Both the position numbers and the translations under genes were made by a program. From positions 2,647 to 66,646 of the forward strand of contig VGJY01000002.1 in NCBI GenBank assembly GCA_016867235.1: a stretch of DNA of 64,000 nucleotides, written 5' to 3'. Source of the DNA: Candidatus Tanganyikabacteria bacterium (GTDB lineage: Bacteria; Cyanobacteriota; Sericytochromatia; S15B-MN24; VGJW01). This document shows, one piece after another, positions 56,669-64,000 of this stretch (position 1 is its first letter; each line of letters opens with the position of its first letter). Below the pieces are notes generated by a model. It did not search any database and had not been told where the DNA came from. It was given only the letters and a program-made list of their open reading frames with translations.

Positions 56669-57544
56669 ATGATGCGATCGACCCTGGCCCGATCGCTCGC
56701 CCTGGGCCTGGCGCTCTCGCTGCCGTTCGGCGTCAGCGCGATCGCGGCGCAGCATGGCCGGGCCACGCTACAGAGCTCCGGAGCCAGCGATCTGCTGGTA
56801 GCCTACGAGAATACATTGATGGCGCATGCCGACGCCTCGCAGGGCAATACGGCGCTTGCGCAGAGCCACCTCAACCTGGCGCGAATGCATCTCGAGCATG
56901 CGAACAAGTCCCTCGGCGCCACGCCGGGCCGCGAGCCCGAGCGGCCGCGGGGCGGCGGCGGCGGCCCCGAAGGCGCCATGATGGAACCCGAAGGCGAAGA
57001 GCGTGCGGCCGAGGATGCGCGCGAGGCCGAGGCGCAGGGCGGTGGCGGCGGTCCCGCCCGCGGGCCGCTCAGCGGGCTCGAGACCATGCTGCGCGCCACC
57101 GAGGAAGACGTGAACACCGAGAGTACGAACCGCCTGGTCGCGTCGTTCACGAACGAACTCGCCCGCGTGGCCCAGATGGGCGGCGGGGGCGGACCGGGCC
57201 AAAGGCCCCAGCCGCTCGCCGAGCGCATCACGGCGACCGAGCATCTGGAGATGGCCTACGCCTCGACCGGCAAGGCTGCCGGCTCCACCGCCATCCAGGC
57301 CTGGGAGGAGGCGAAGGCCGGCATCGACGACGCCAAGCGCCACCTGGACCACGCCAAGAAGGCTCCGGGCAACGAAGCGCTCAAGGCGCAACTCGACCGG
57401 GCCGAGAAGGCGATCAAGGATGCCGAGGGCCCGATCAAGAGCAAGTCGGGCGACGCCCTGGACAGGTCGGCGCGCGCCATCCGCGAGCTGACCATGACCC
57501 TGGCCGCCATGGCGCCTCGCGAGATGCAGGACCGGTCCCGCTAG
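56669..57544 (+). CDS. secreted helical protein with Gly-rich spacers, hypothetical
   Basis: 291 aa with signal peptide MMRSTLARSLALGLALSLPFGVSAIAA. Confidence 0.5.
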   Translation: MMRSTLARSLALGLALSLPFGVSAIAAQHGRATLQSSGASDLLVAYENTLMAHADASQGNTALAQSHLNLARMHLEHANKSLGATPGREPERPRGGGGGPEGAMMEPEGEERAAEDAREAEAQGGGGGPARGPLSGLETMLRATEEDVNTESTNRLVASFTNELARVAQMGGGGGPGQRPQPLAERITATEHLEMAYASTGKAAGSTAIQAWEEAKAGIDDAKRHLDHAKKAPGNEALKAQLDRAEKAIKDAEGPIKSKSGDALDRSARAIRELTMTLAAMAPREMQDRSR

Positions 57545-57615
57545 GGCGCTCCTTTCGCCTTGACCTCCCCGCGACCGCCAATTCGAGCCGCGGGGCCGGC
57601 TAGGACATCACCAGC

Positions 57616-57640
57616 GAGGCCGCGGTCCTGCCGCGGCCTC
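57616..57640. terminator. bidirectional hairpin between convergent genes
   Basis: gaggccgcgg-tcctg-ccgcggcctc is a perfect 10-bp GC stem, with no U-tract. Confidence 0.35.
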
Positions 57641-57644
57641 GTCG

Positions 57645-58259
57645 TCATGGCTCCAGGGCCTCCCGCATTGCCGCCACGAGCGCCTCCTTCACCTCGTCGG
57701 GGCGCCATTGCCTGCCGGTAACTTCCGCGAGGCTCGTCATCACCGCGCTGTCGAGGCCGCAGGCGCGAATGGCGGCGAAGCCGGGATCGGGCGCCACGTT
57801 GAGCGCGACCCCGTGGTACGTGACCCAGTTGCGCACCGCGATGCCAAGGGACGCGATCTTGCGGTCGCCGACCCAGACCCCGGTCAGGCCCGGCTCGCGC
57901 CGGCCAGCCACGCCCAGGGTCGCGAGCGCCCGGATGACCGCATCCTCCAGGGAACGCAAGAACCGGTGCAGGTCGCGCCCGGTCTCCGCCAGCTTGACGA
58001 CCGGATACGCCACGATCTGGCCGGGGCCGTGATAGGTGGCGTCGCCACCCCGTTCGACCTCCACGACCGGAATGTCCCCGGCGGCCAGCACGTTGGCGCG
58101 CGCGCCGCGCTTGCGGCCCAGGGTGATGACCGGCGGATGGGTGACGACCAGCAAGGTGTCGGGCGCCTCGCCTCGCGCCACGGCCCCGACCAGATCGCGC
58201 ATCAGGGCAAGCGCTTCCTCGTAGGGCAGCAGGCCCAGGTCGCGGATCGCCAGCGCCAC
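57645..58259 (-). CDS. lipB: lipoyl(octanoyl) transferase
   Basis: 204 aa with a GTG start and the LipB motifs RGGDATYHGPGQ...KIASLG. Confidence 0.8.
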   Translation of the reverse strand: MALAIRDLGLLPYEEALALMRDLVGAVARGEAPDTLLVVTHPPVITLGRKRGARANVLAAGDIPVVEVERGGDATYHGPGQIVAYPVVKLAETGRDLHRFLRSLEDAVIRALATLGVAGRREPGLTGVWVGDRKIASLGIAVRNWVTYHGVALNVAPDPGFAAIRACGLDSAVMTSLAEVTGRQWRPDEVKEALVAAMREALEP

Positions 58260-59432
58260 TCAGCCGGCCCGGGTCGGGACCCTCTGCGGCTCGGGCGCGA
58301 GACGGGCGAAAAACAGGAACTCCCGCACTTCGTCCCCGGAGTACGAGCGCACTGCGCTGTCGCTGTCCGCCCGGAAACGCTTGTACGCGACCTCCCGGAA
58401 GTCCACCGCCACGGCCCGGCGCGCCAGTTCCTCCCGTAGCACGTCCTCGGGGATCAGGCCCTCGTTGCTGTACGACACCAGGACGTGATCGGCCGCGACG
58501 CCATCCAGGATGCTCGCGAGGGCCGCCGCGGCCGCCGGGCGGCGGCAGAACCGGGAATTCTGCTCGTCGGGCCGCAGCCCGGTCTTGCCGCGCGGGGTGA
58601 AGGAGCCCAGATCCCAGCGGGCGAGCGTTTCCAGGATGTGGTAGTAGGCGTTGTACTGCCGCTGATTGTAGGGCGGATCCAGGTACAGGACGTCGAACCG
58701 CCGGCCCCGGAAGCCCGAGACGAGTCTGGCGATATCGGCGCAGTGCGCCTCGTGGCGCGTGCCGGGAGCAGCGCGCCCGATCGCCGGGATTCGCAATGCC
58801 AAGGGGGCGCGCGCGCTCTTCTTGACGTGCTTCAGGAACGCGGCGTAGACGCTCGCGGTGTTCGCCACCTGGTCCGCGCTCTCCAGGAGGCTGGATAGCA
58901 GGACGCAACTCTCGCCGGTCGTGACGAGGCCGGCGCCTTCCCACGCCGCGATAAGGTCCCGGATGGCCTCGCAGCGCGCCCCGTTGTCGGCCGAGAAGTA
59001 GTTGCGGCCGGCCGAGCCGCCCTCGCAGTATGCGTCGCAGAACCCCGCTGCGCGGCCCGGCAGGGCGTCGAGCCAGGCGAGCACCCGAACAAGCGGCCCC
59101 ATGCCCGCGAGGTCCCTGTCGCGCAGCAGGCCGAAGCGACGCGCCCGACGCTCGTAATCGGCCACCAAGGCGTCCGGGACCCGGATCTCGCCGTGGAGCC
59201 CCGCGAATGCCGGCGGCCCGTCCTGCACCAGGAAGCACTGCTGGAGGACGTAGGAGTAGTGCTGCAGGTCGTTGGAGACCGTCGAGAAGCCCATAGCCTT
59301 CGCGAGTTGGCCCACGACGGCCGTGCCCGCGAAGGCGTCGAGGAAGGTCCCGCCCGCGCGGTCGAGGCCGTGCGCGGCCAGGACGCCGCGGATCTCCGCC
59401 AGGAGGCTGTGCTTGCTGCCGATGTAGTTCAT
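58260..59432 (-). CDS. D12-class (Dam-like, alpha group) N6-adenine DNA methyltransferase
   Basis: The N-terminus MNYIGSK is D12 motif I, and LYLDPPYN is motif IV. 390 aa. The start overlaps the upstream stop in an ATGA arrangement. Confidence 0.75.
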   Translation of the reverse strand: MNYIGSKHSLLAEIRGVLAAHGLDRAGGTFLDAFAGTAVVGQLAKAMGFSTVSNDLQHYSYVLQQCFLVQDGPPAFAGLHGEIRVPDALVADYERRARRFGLLRDRDLAGMGPLVRVLAWLDALPGRAAGFCDAYCEGGSAGRNYFSADNGARCEAIRDLIAAWEGAGLVTTGESCVLLSSLLESADQVANTASVYAAFLKHVKKSARAPLALRIPAIGRAAPGTRHEAHCADIARLVSGFRGRRFDVLYLDPPYNQRQYNAYYHILETLARWDLGSFTPRGKTGLRPDEQNSRFCRRPAAAAALASILDGVAADHVLVSYSNEGLIPEDVLREELARRAVAVDFREVAYKRFRADSDSAVRSYSGDEVREFLFFARLAPEPQRVPTRAG

Positions 59433-59980
59433 GGCTCGGTGTGCCCTTCAGACAGTAGCAGGTCGCGAGCCTGGACGATAGCCCTGAAGTAGCGGACGGC
59501 CTCGGGATCGTCGGGATTGAGGTCCGGATGGAAACGCTTGGAGAGTTCGCGGAACGCGCGGCCGACCGCATCGGGCGAGAGATCGTCCTCGAGGTGGAGC
59601 ACGCCGGCCGCCCACGACCGGCCGCCCTTCCGCAGGCTGTCGAGGCGGGCGCGCAGCTCCTCGATCTCGGCCTGATACGCCAGCTCGCGCTCGGTGGCCT
59701 CCGAGAGCTGGATGGACAGCTTCTGACGCCCCTGCTGGCTCGCGGTCAGCGCCACGCGCAGGGCGTCCACTTCGGAAGTCTGGGGAGCCAGTTCGGGGGT
59801 AGGAGGCGCGTGCGCCACCAGGCGCTCCAGCAGGCCCGTCCGGGTCAGGCCGTAGTTGGCGGCGAGCGTCTCGAGCTGGATGAGGGTCTCGGCGGCGAAG
59901 CGAAATGACACGAGCCGTGCCGGCTCGCCGGTGATGGACTTGGCCGGGGGCTTGCCCCCCCGGTACCCGCCGCGAGGCAT
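59429..59980 (-). CDS. ribbon-helix-helix (Arc/CopG-like) DNA-binding domain fused via coiled coil to a C-terminal J-domain (DnaJ, HPD motif)
   Basis: 183 aa. The N-terminal part PARLVSFRFAAETLIQLETLAANYGLTRTGLLERLV has the RHH beta-alpha-alpha pattern. The C-terminal part FRELSKRFHPDLNPDDPEAVRYFRAIVQARDLL is a J-domain with an HPD motif. Confidence 0.55.
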   Translation of the reverse strand: MPRGGYRGGKPPAKSITGEPARLVSFRFAAETLIQLETLAANYGLTRTGLLERLVAHAPPTPELAPQTSEVDALRVALTASQQGRQKLSIQLSEATERELAYQAEIEELRARLDSLRKGGRSWAAGVLHLEDDLSPDAVGRAFRELSKRFHPDLNPDDPEAVRYFRAIVQARDLLLSEGHTEP

Positions 59981-60025
59981 CTTGAGTCTGTATATACACA
60001 CGAACCCTCGCGTACTATCTAGTTC

Positions 60026-61696
60026 ATGACTCGCCCGCCCGAACAGACGCTGATGCGGCCGGCCGAACGCGATCGGGAGACCAGGCGCGCGCTCGGGGCG
60101 TTCTACACCTCGGACGCGCTGGCGCGCAGTGTCACCGCGAAGGCCCTGGGGTTCTGGGGCGGATCGGGCGTTCCGTCGTCCCTCGATCCGGCATGCGGCG
60201 ATGGGGCGTTCCTGCTTGCACTTGAAGAACTGGGCGTCGCCGGGTCCGGCGACGGGGCGGCGCGCTGCGGCATGGACGTCGATCCGGCGGCGATCGCCGC
60301 TGCCCGGGTGCGCCTGGGCGACGCCCCCGACCTGGTCCTGGCCGACGGACTGGATCCGACCGTGTTTCCGGGCCGCCGGTTCGATCTGGTTCTGGGCAAC
60401 CCGCCGTTCGGCCTGCCGCGGGACGATGCCCGCGCCTGGGGCCTCGCGGCCAAGCGCACCGATTCCTATGCCTGCTTCCTCGCGATGGGCCTCAGACGCC
60501 TGGCGCCAGGAGGTGTCCTGGGGTTCATCACCGCCGACACGTGGCTGTCGATCCGCTCGCACGGCGCCTTGCGCGATCTGCTCCTCCCCCACCTGCTCGC
60601 CGTGGACCTCCTGCCCCCGGGCGCCTTCGACGCGACCGTCGGCACTTGCGCGGTGTACCTGCGGGCCGACCCGGTGCGCGGGCCGATCGCCGTGACGGAC
60701 CTGGCGGGGCGCCGGTACGCCATCGGGCGCGACACGGTCGCCTCTTTGCCTGGACACACCCTCTTCGTGGGCCGCCCCGGCCTGGCGGATCTGCTGGCCG
60801 CGGGCACCGTCCGGCCCGAAGAAGTCGCACCCGGCCACGCCGCGCCCGTGCGAACGCTCCGGCGAGGGGAACGGGACATCCGGCTGGTGCGGCTGGGCGA
60901 CATCGCCGCCACCCCGCACGGCATCTCGACCGGCCAGAACGCCCGCTACGTCCGCGCGGTGCCCGGGATCTCGGGGCGCTACCTCCCGCTCGAGCCGCGC
61001 ATGGCGATGCCGCCCGGGCGCCTGGAGAGCCTCACCGAAGCCGAGAAGCGCGGCGGCGTGGCCGGGGACTGGGAGGATGGCACCGGCTGCTACGTGCCGT
61101 TCGACAAGGGCGCCGCGGCCGATGCCGGCGCGGGCTGGCTGCCGAACTACTTCGTCCCTTGCGGCTACTACCTCAACTGGGCCGAAGGCGCCCTGGCCGA
61201 CATGCGCCGCAATCCCGGCTTCGCGTGGAAGAACAGTCGCTACTTCTTCCGCCGAGGCCTGACGTTCTCGGTCTCGGGCGCGTACGCCCCGACGTTCCGC
61301 CTGGGTGCCGGCGGGGTCTTCGAGGCCAAGAGCTCCGGGCTCTTCTGCGACGTCCTGCCGCCCGAATTGCTGCTGGCCATCCTCTGCAGCCGCGTCGCTC
61401 GCTACCTGTTCAAGGTCTTCATCAAGCACTCGGTGGACACCAGCGGGGCCGACGTGGCGCGCTTTCCGCTCGTGCTGCCCGATCCGGCCGTCCGCGACCG
61501 TATGATCGCGCTCGTGGGCCAGATCATCGCCGCGCAGCGGCGGGACCCGGCCTACCCGTACCAGCACCGCGAGCAGCCCGAACTCGACGCCCTGGCGGCC
61601 CGAGCCTACGGCCTCTCGGACGAAGAGGTCGCCGAGATAGACGCGTGGTTCGCCGCCCGCTACTCGAAGCTGGCGGCGGCGCAATCGCGACGCTGA
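60026..61696 (+). CDS. gamma-class N6-adenine DNA methyltransferase (Eco57I/TaqI-like) with C-terminal target-recognition region
   Basis: 556 aa with motif X GAFYTSD, motif I DPACGDGAFL and motif IV LVLGNPPFG. Confidence 0.7.
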   Translation: MTRPPEQTLMRPAERDRETRRALGAFYTSDALARSVTAKALGFWGGSGVPSSLDPACGDGAFLLALEELGVAGSGDGAARCGMDVDPAAIAAARVRLGDAPDLVLADGLDPTVFPGRRFDLVLGNPPFGLPRDDARAWGLAAKRTDSYACFLAMGLRRLAPGGVLGFITADTWLSIRSHGALRDLLLPHLLAVDLLPPGAFDATVGTCAVYLRADPVRGPIAVTDLAGRRYAIGRDTVASLPGHTLFVGRPGLADLLAAGTVRPEEVAPGHAAPVRTLRRGERDIRLVRLGDIAATPHGISTGQNARYVRAVPGISGRYLPLEPRMAMPPGRLESLTEAEKRGGVAGDWEDGTGCYVPFDKGAAADAGAGWLPNYFVPCGYYLNWAEGALADMRRNPGFAWKNSRYFFRRGLTFSVSGAYAPTFRLGAGGVFEAKSSGLFCDVLPPELLLAILCSRVARYLFKVFIKHSVDTSGADVARFPLVLPDPAVRDRMIALVGQIIAAQRRDPAYPYQHREQPELDALAARAYGLSDEEVAEIDAWFAARYSKLAAAQSRR

Positions 61697-61821
61697 GGCG
61701 CGCCCTCACGGCCGGCTGCGTGAAGATTTGACTTTTTTCCTATCTTAACCGTTTCGGGTATTGCTTGACAGTATCCGATCGGCGCATCCTCGAACATACA
61801 TTTCAGAAAGGATGCGGTGAC

Positions 61822-63417
61822 ATGGAAGCCTCGATCGACTTTTCTCGCCCCTTCGAAGCTTACGGCCGGCGGGAGTTGCTGGAGTGGAATGCCAAGTGCG
61901 GGCGCGAGGCTCGCGGTGCCAAGTGGCGGTTCCTGGCGACACTCCCGGAGATAGATCGTGTCGCGGCCTTCCGGGACGCCGGGTTTCGATCGATCGAGGA
62001 ACTGGCCCAGGTGCGCGGAGCCGTTTCCGAGCGAGACGTGGCCGAAACCTTGCGATTACACGGGTACATCGGGCGATTCTGGGTGCTCTGGCGGCTCTTT
62101 GCCAAAGGAGAAGTCGGCCTGTCCAAACTCCTGCTCGTCGCCCCGCACGTGACAGCCGACTCCGCCGCGTGGTGGGCCGAGCAGGTCCAGCGCTGCAACC
62201 GCGCCCAGTTGCGGGCACTCGTCCGGGCCCTGGCAGCGCAATGCGCCGAGGCGGCGCCCGCGTCCGATAGCCGGACTCTTCCCATTCAGCCGCTCCCCGT
62301 CGCCGACGAGTCTCGAACGGCCGACCGCACGGCTTCGACGCCTGCTCCCACGGCGCGGGTCGGGCTCTCGTCCGGGGAATGCGGCGGTGGCTCTTTGCCC
62401 CCGCCACCCGAGGAGGCCCTGCCGTCGGCGCCCTCGCCGCAAGTCGCAAGCGGAGGCGGTGCAACCGGCGCGCGCAATCCCCCACCCGAGCGGCCCGTCC
62501 GCGTGCGACTCACCGCCGAGCTTAGCGTGGCCGGCGCGAAGGCGTTGGACGATCTCCAGGACCGTTGGGAGCGTGAGCACGGTCCGCTTTCGCGGGGCGA
62601 GGTGATCGAGAAGCTCGCATTCGAGGCGCTGTCGCGGGTCGACGCCCCTGCCGATAACCCAGCGAACTTGACTGCGACCGACGGCGGCGCCTCGAGCGAT
62701 CCGGAGGTCGAAGGCAGCGCCTCAGGCGAAGCAGAGATCGACCGCTCTCTTCCCATTCTGGAGAGTGAGGCTGCAGCCGTCCCGGGGCCGGGTGGTAGCG
62801 GGGAGCCCGCCCGAAGGCCGGGAGCGCCCCGGCGCCTCATCGAGATTGTTTACCGCGAAGCGGACACCGGCTATCGCTGGCTTCCCTCACGCCATGGGCC
62901 CGTGGCCGTGGCGGACATGCCTGCTGCAATTCAAGATCGGCTGGCGGGCGCGCTTTCCATCACCCTCGAGGAACTTCGCGCCAGAGCGCTGGCCGCTTCG
63001 GCGCGGCACGAGCGGAGCCTGCTTCAGCGCATGGCAGCCAGGAGGCGGGAGGGACGCGACGTGCCCGCCGACCTCGGGCGCGACATCCCGCTCCACGTCG
63101 AGATATACATGATGGGAAGGTCCGGCGGCCGCTGCGAAAGCGAAGGGTGCACGCGCCGGGCGATCGACCTCCACCACCTCGACCCGTTCGGCGAGACCCG
63201 GCGGCACGACATCGACCGGATGCTGGCCCTCTGCGCCGGGCACCACCCTGCCTACCACTCGGACGCCACGACTCCGGATGCGGGCGACCCGCGAGTCCTC
63301 CGGGCGGCCGCGCCCGGCACCGAGGTCCGGTGCTCCGCGGTAAACGTCAAGGTGGCGGCCTGCAAGCGGCGAGCCCTGGCCGGGAGAGGTGGAGCAGCCG
63401 CTGCGGAGTGGGCCTGA
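61822..63417 (+). CDS. DUF222-like N-domain + C-terminal HNH endonuclease protein
   Basis: The HNH motif is GGRCESEGCTRRAIDLHHLDPFGETRRHDIDRMLALCAGHH. A TTGACA box and AAGGA precede the ATG at 61822. The track ORF begins 57 nt earlier. Confidence 0.6.
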   Translation: MEASIDFSRPFEAYGRRELLEWNAKCGREARGAKWRFLATLPEIDRVAAFRDAGFRSIEELAQVRGAVSERDVAETLRLHGYIGRFWVLWRLFAKGEVGLSKLLLVAPHVTADSAAWWAEQVQRCNRAQLRALVRALAAQCAEAAPASDSRTLPIQPLPVADESRTADRTASTPAPTARVGLSSGECGGGSLPPPPEEALPSAPSPQVASGGGATGARNPPPERPVRVRLTAELSVAGAKALDDLQDRWEREHGPLSRGEVIEKLAFEALSRVDAPADNPANLTATDGGASSDPEVEGSASGEAEIDRSLPILESEAAAVPGPGGSGEPARRPGAPRRLIEIVYREADTGYRWLPSRHGPVAVADMPAAIQDRLAGALSITLEELRARALAASARHERSLLQRMAARRREGRDVPADLGRDIPLHVEIYMMGRSGGRCESEGCTRRAIDLHHLDPFGETRRHDIDRMLALCAGHHPAYHSDATTPDAGDPRVLRAAAPGTEVRCSAVNVKVAACKRRALAGRGGAAAAEWA

Positions 63418-63446
63418 TAGCGCGGCTCTGATGACTTCGCTCCGGC

Positions 63447-63521
63447 ATCGCGGCCGGCACGGAGGCCGGCCCCACCCGTTGCATCGGTGGCGCAGGCCTC
63501 CGTGCCTGCGTCCGATAGGCG
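63447..63521. repeat. REP-like element, inverted copy
   Basis: Its reverse complement, aggcctgcgccaccgatgcaacgggtggggccggcctccgtgccggccgcgatgccggag, matches the unit at 1976-2030. Confidence 0.55.
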
Positions 63522-63638
63522 CCAGGTCATTTGAGCGCCGCTATGAGAGGCTCGCCTGTCGAATGGGATGTGACAACAGCGAGCGCTGCGGCGAGCGACG
63601 GAAGGGGGCAGATCTTCGAGCGCCGCCCAGTAAGAAAT

Positions 63639-63660
63639 CGGGCCGCCCGAAGGCGGCCCG
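63639..63660 (-). terminator. rho-independent terminator of mdh
   Basis: cgggccgcc-cgaa-ggcggcccg hairpin; on the minus strand followed by AUUUCUUACU. Confidence 0.55.
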
Positions 63661-63674
63661 ACGGGCAAACAGCG

Positions 63675-64000
63675 CTAGCTGCGGGTCTTCATCTTGTCGA
63701 CGAGCTCGCGGACGGACTCGGCGCTCTTGTGCAGGGCGGCACGCTCTTCGTCGGTCAGCTTGATCTCGAAGATGGACTCCATGCCGCGAGCGCCGATCTT
63801 GATCGGGACGCCCACGAAGAGGCCGTTGATCCCGAACTCGCCCTCGAGCAGGACGGCGCTCGGGATGATGCGCTTCTGGTCGTACATGATGGCGTCGACC
63901 ATCTCGACCACCGAAGCCGAGGGAGCGTAGTAGGCGCTGCCGGTCTTGAGCAGGCCGACGATCTCGGCGCCGCCGTTGCGGGCGCGATCCTCCAGGGACC
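63675..64000 (-). CDS. mdh: malate (LDH/MDH-family) dehydrogenase, C-terminal part; continues beyond the window
   Basis: The C-terminus ...[83 protein letters not shown] is typical of the family. Confidence 0.75.
   Translation of the reverse strand, partial: SLEDRARNGGAEIVGLLKTGSAYYAPSASVVEMVDAIMYDQKRIIPSAVLLEGEFGINGLFVGVPIKIGARGMESIFEIKLTDEERAALHKSAESVRELVDKMKTRS

Noticed and set aside
1-64000. Search for tRNA, rRNA and CRISPR arrays.
   Set aside because: No cloverleaf-compatible segments with conserved T-loop (GTTCRANNC) context, no rRNA-like stretches and no regularly spaced direct repeats were recognised by eye. A tRNAscan or cmsearch run would be needed to exclude small RNAs formally.

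Overview
This window is a 64 kb stretch of a very GC-rich (about 70%) bacterial chromosome of uncertain lineage. It carries cyanophycin synthesis genes (cphB-cphA), secondary-cell-wall genes csaB/tagA and a SpoIID homologue. Protein coding runs on both strands with short, often overlapping junctions, and I recognised no rRNA, tRNA or CRISPR.

Coordinate caveat: hand-counted positions disagreed with the ORF track by 1 nt in several places. Gene ends are taken from the track wherever it gives them. Boundaries I set myself should be read as +/-2 nt.

Most of the window is housekeeping or cell-envelope content. Recognisable genes are miaA (5' part), comM, mug, an SPFH/NfeD pair, rnz, an acyl-CoA ligase, rnhB, a Ski2-like helicase, csaB-tagA-ftsE-ftsX, kbl-tdh, a rhomboid protease, cphB-cphA behind an XRE regulator, glpD, lipB and mdh (3' part).

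Regions that look accessory or unusual:
(a) 3.6-8.3 kb: an islet bounded by two perfect 109-bp direct repeats plus a degenerate third copy. The repeat duplicates the 3' end of the gene at 8155-9063. Inside are an FGE-domain lipoprotein, a decayed paralogue of it interrupted by a 127-bp element with inverted termini, and an NTase-fold two-gene module.
(b) Two copies of a structured 5' leader (27.2 kb and 32.9 kb) with compensatory base changes. Each places a G7/C7 hairpin over the ribosome-binding site.
(c) 57.6-63.4 kb: an operon of a ribbon-helix-helix/J-domain fusion protein, a Dam-like MTase and lipB. It sits divergent from a gamma-class adenine MTase plus a DUF222-HNH nuclease.
(d) A stand-alone protein made of eight MshEN-type 24-residue motifs (predicted c-di-GMP receptor) heading the csaB-tagA-ftsEX operon.
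(e) A 1180-aa M1 + M28 + PDZ peptidase fusion.
(f) Two strongly AT-rich intergenic islands around a lipoprotein gene.
(g) REP-like palindromic repeats in two convergent intergenic gaps.
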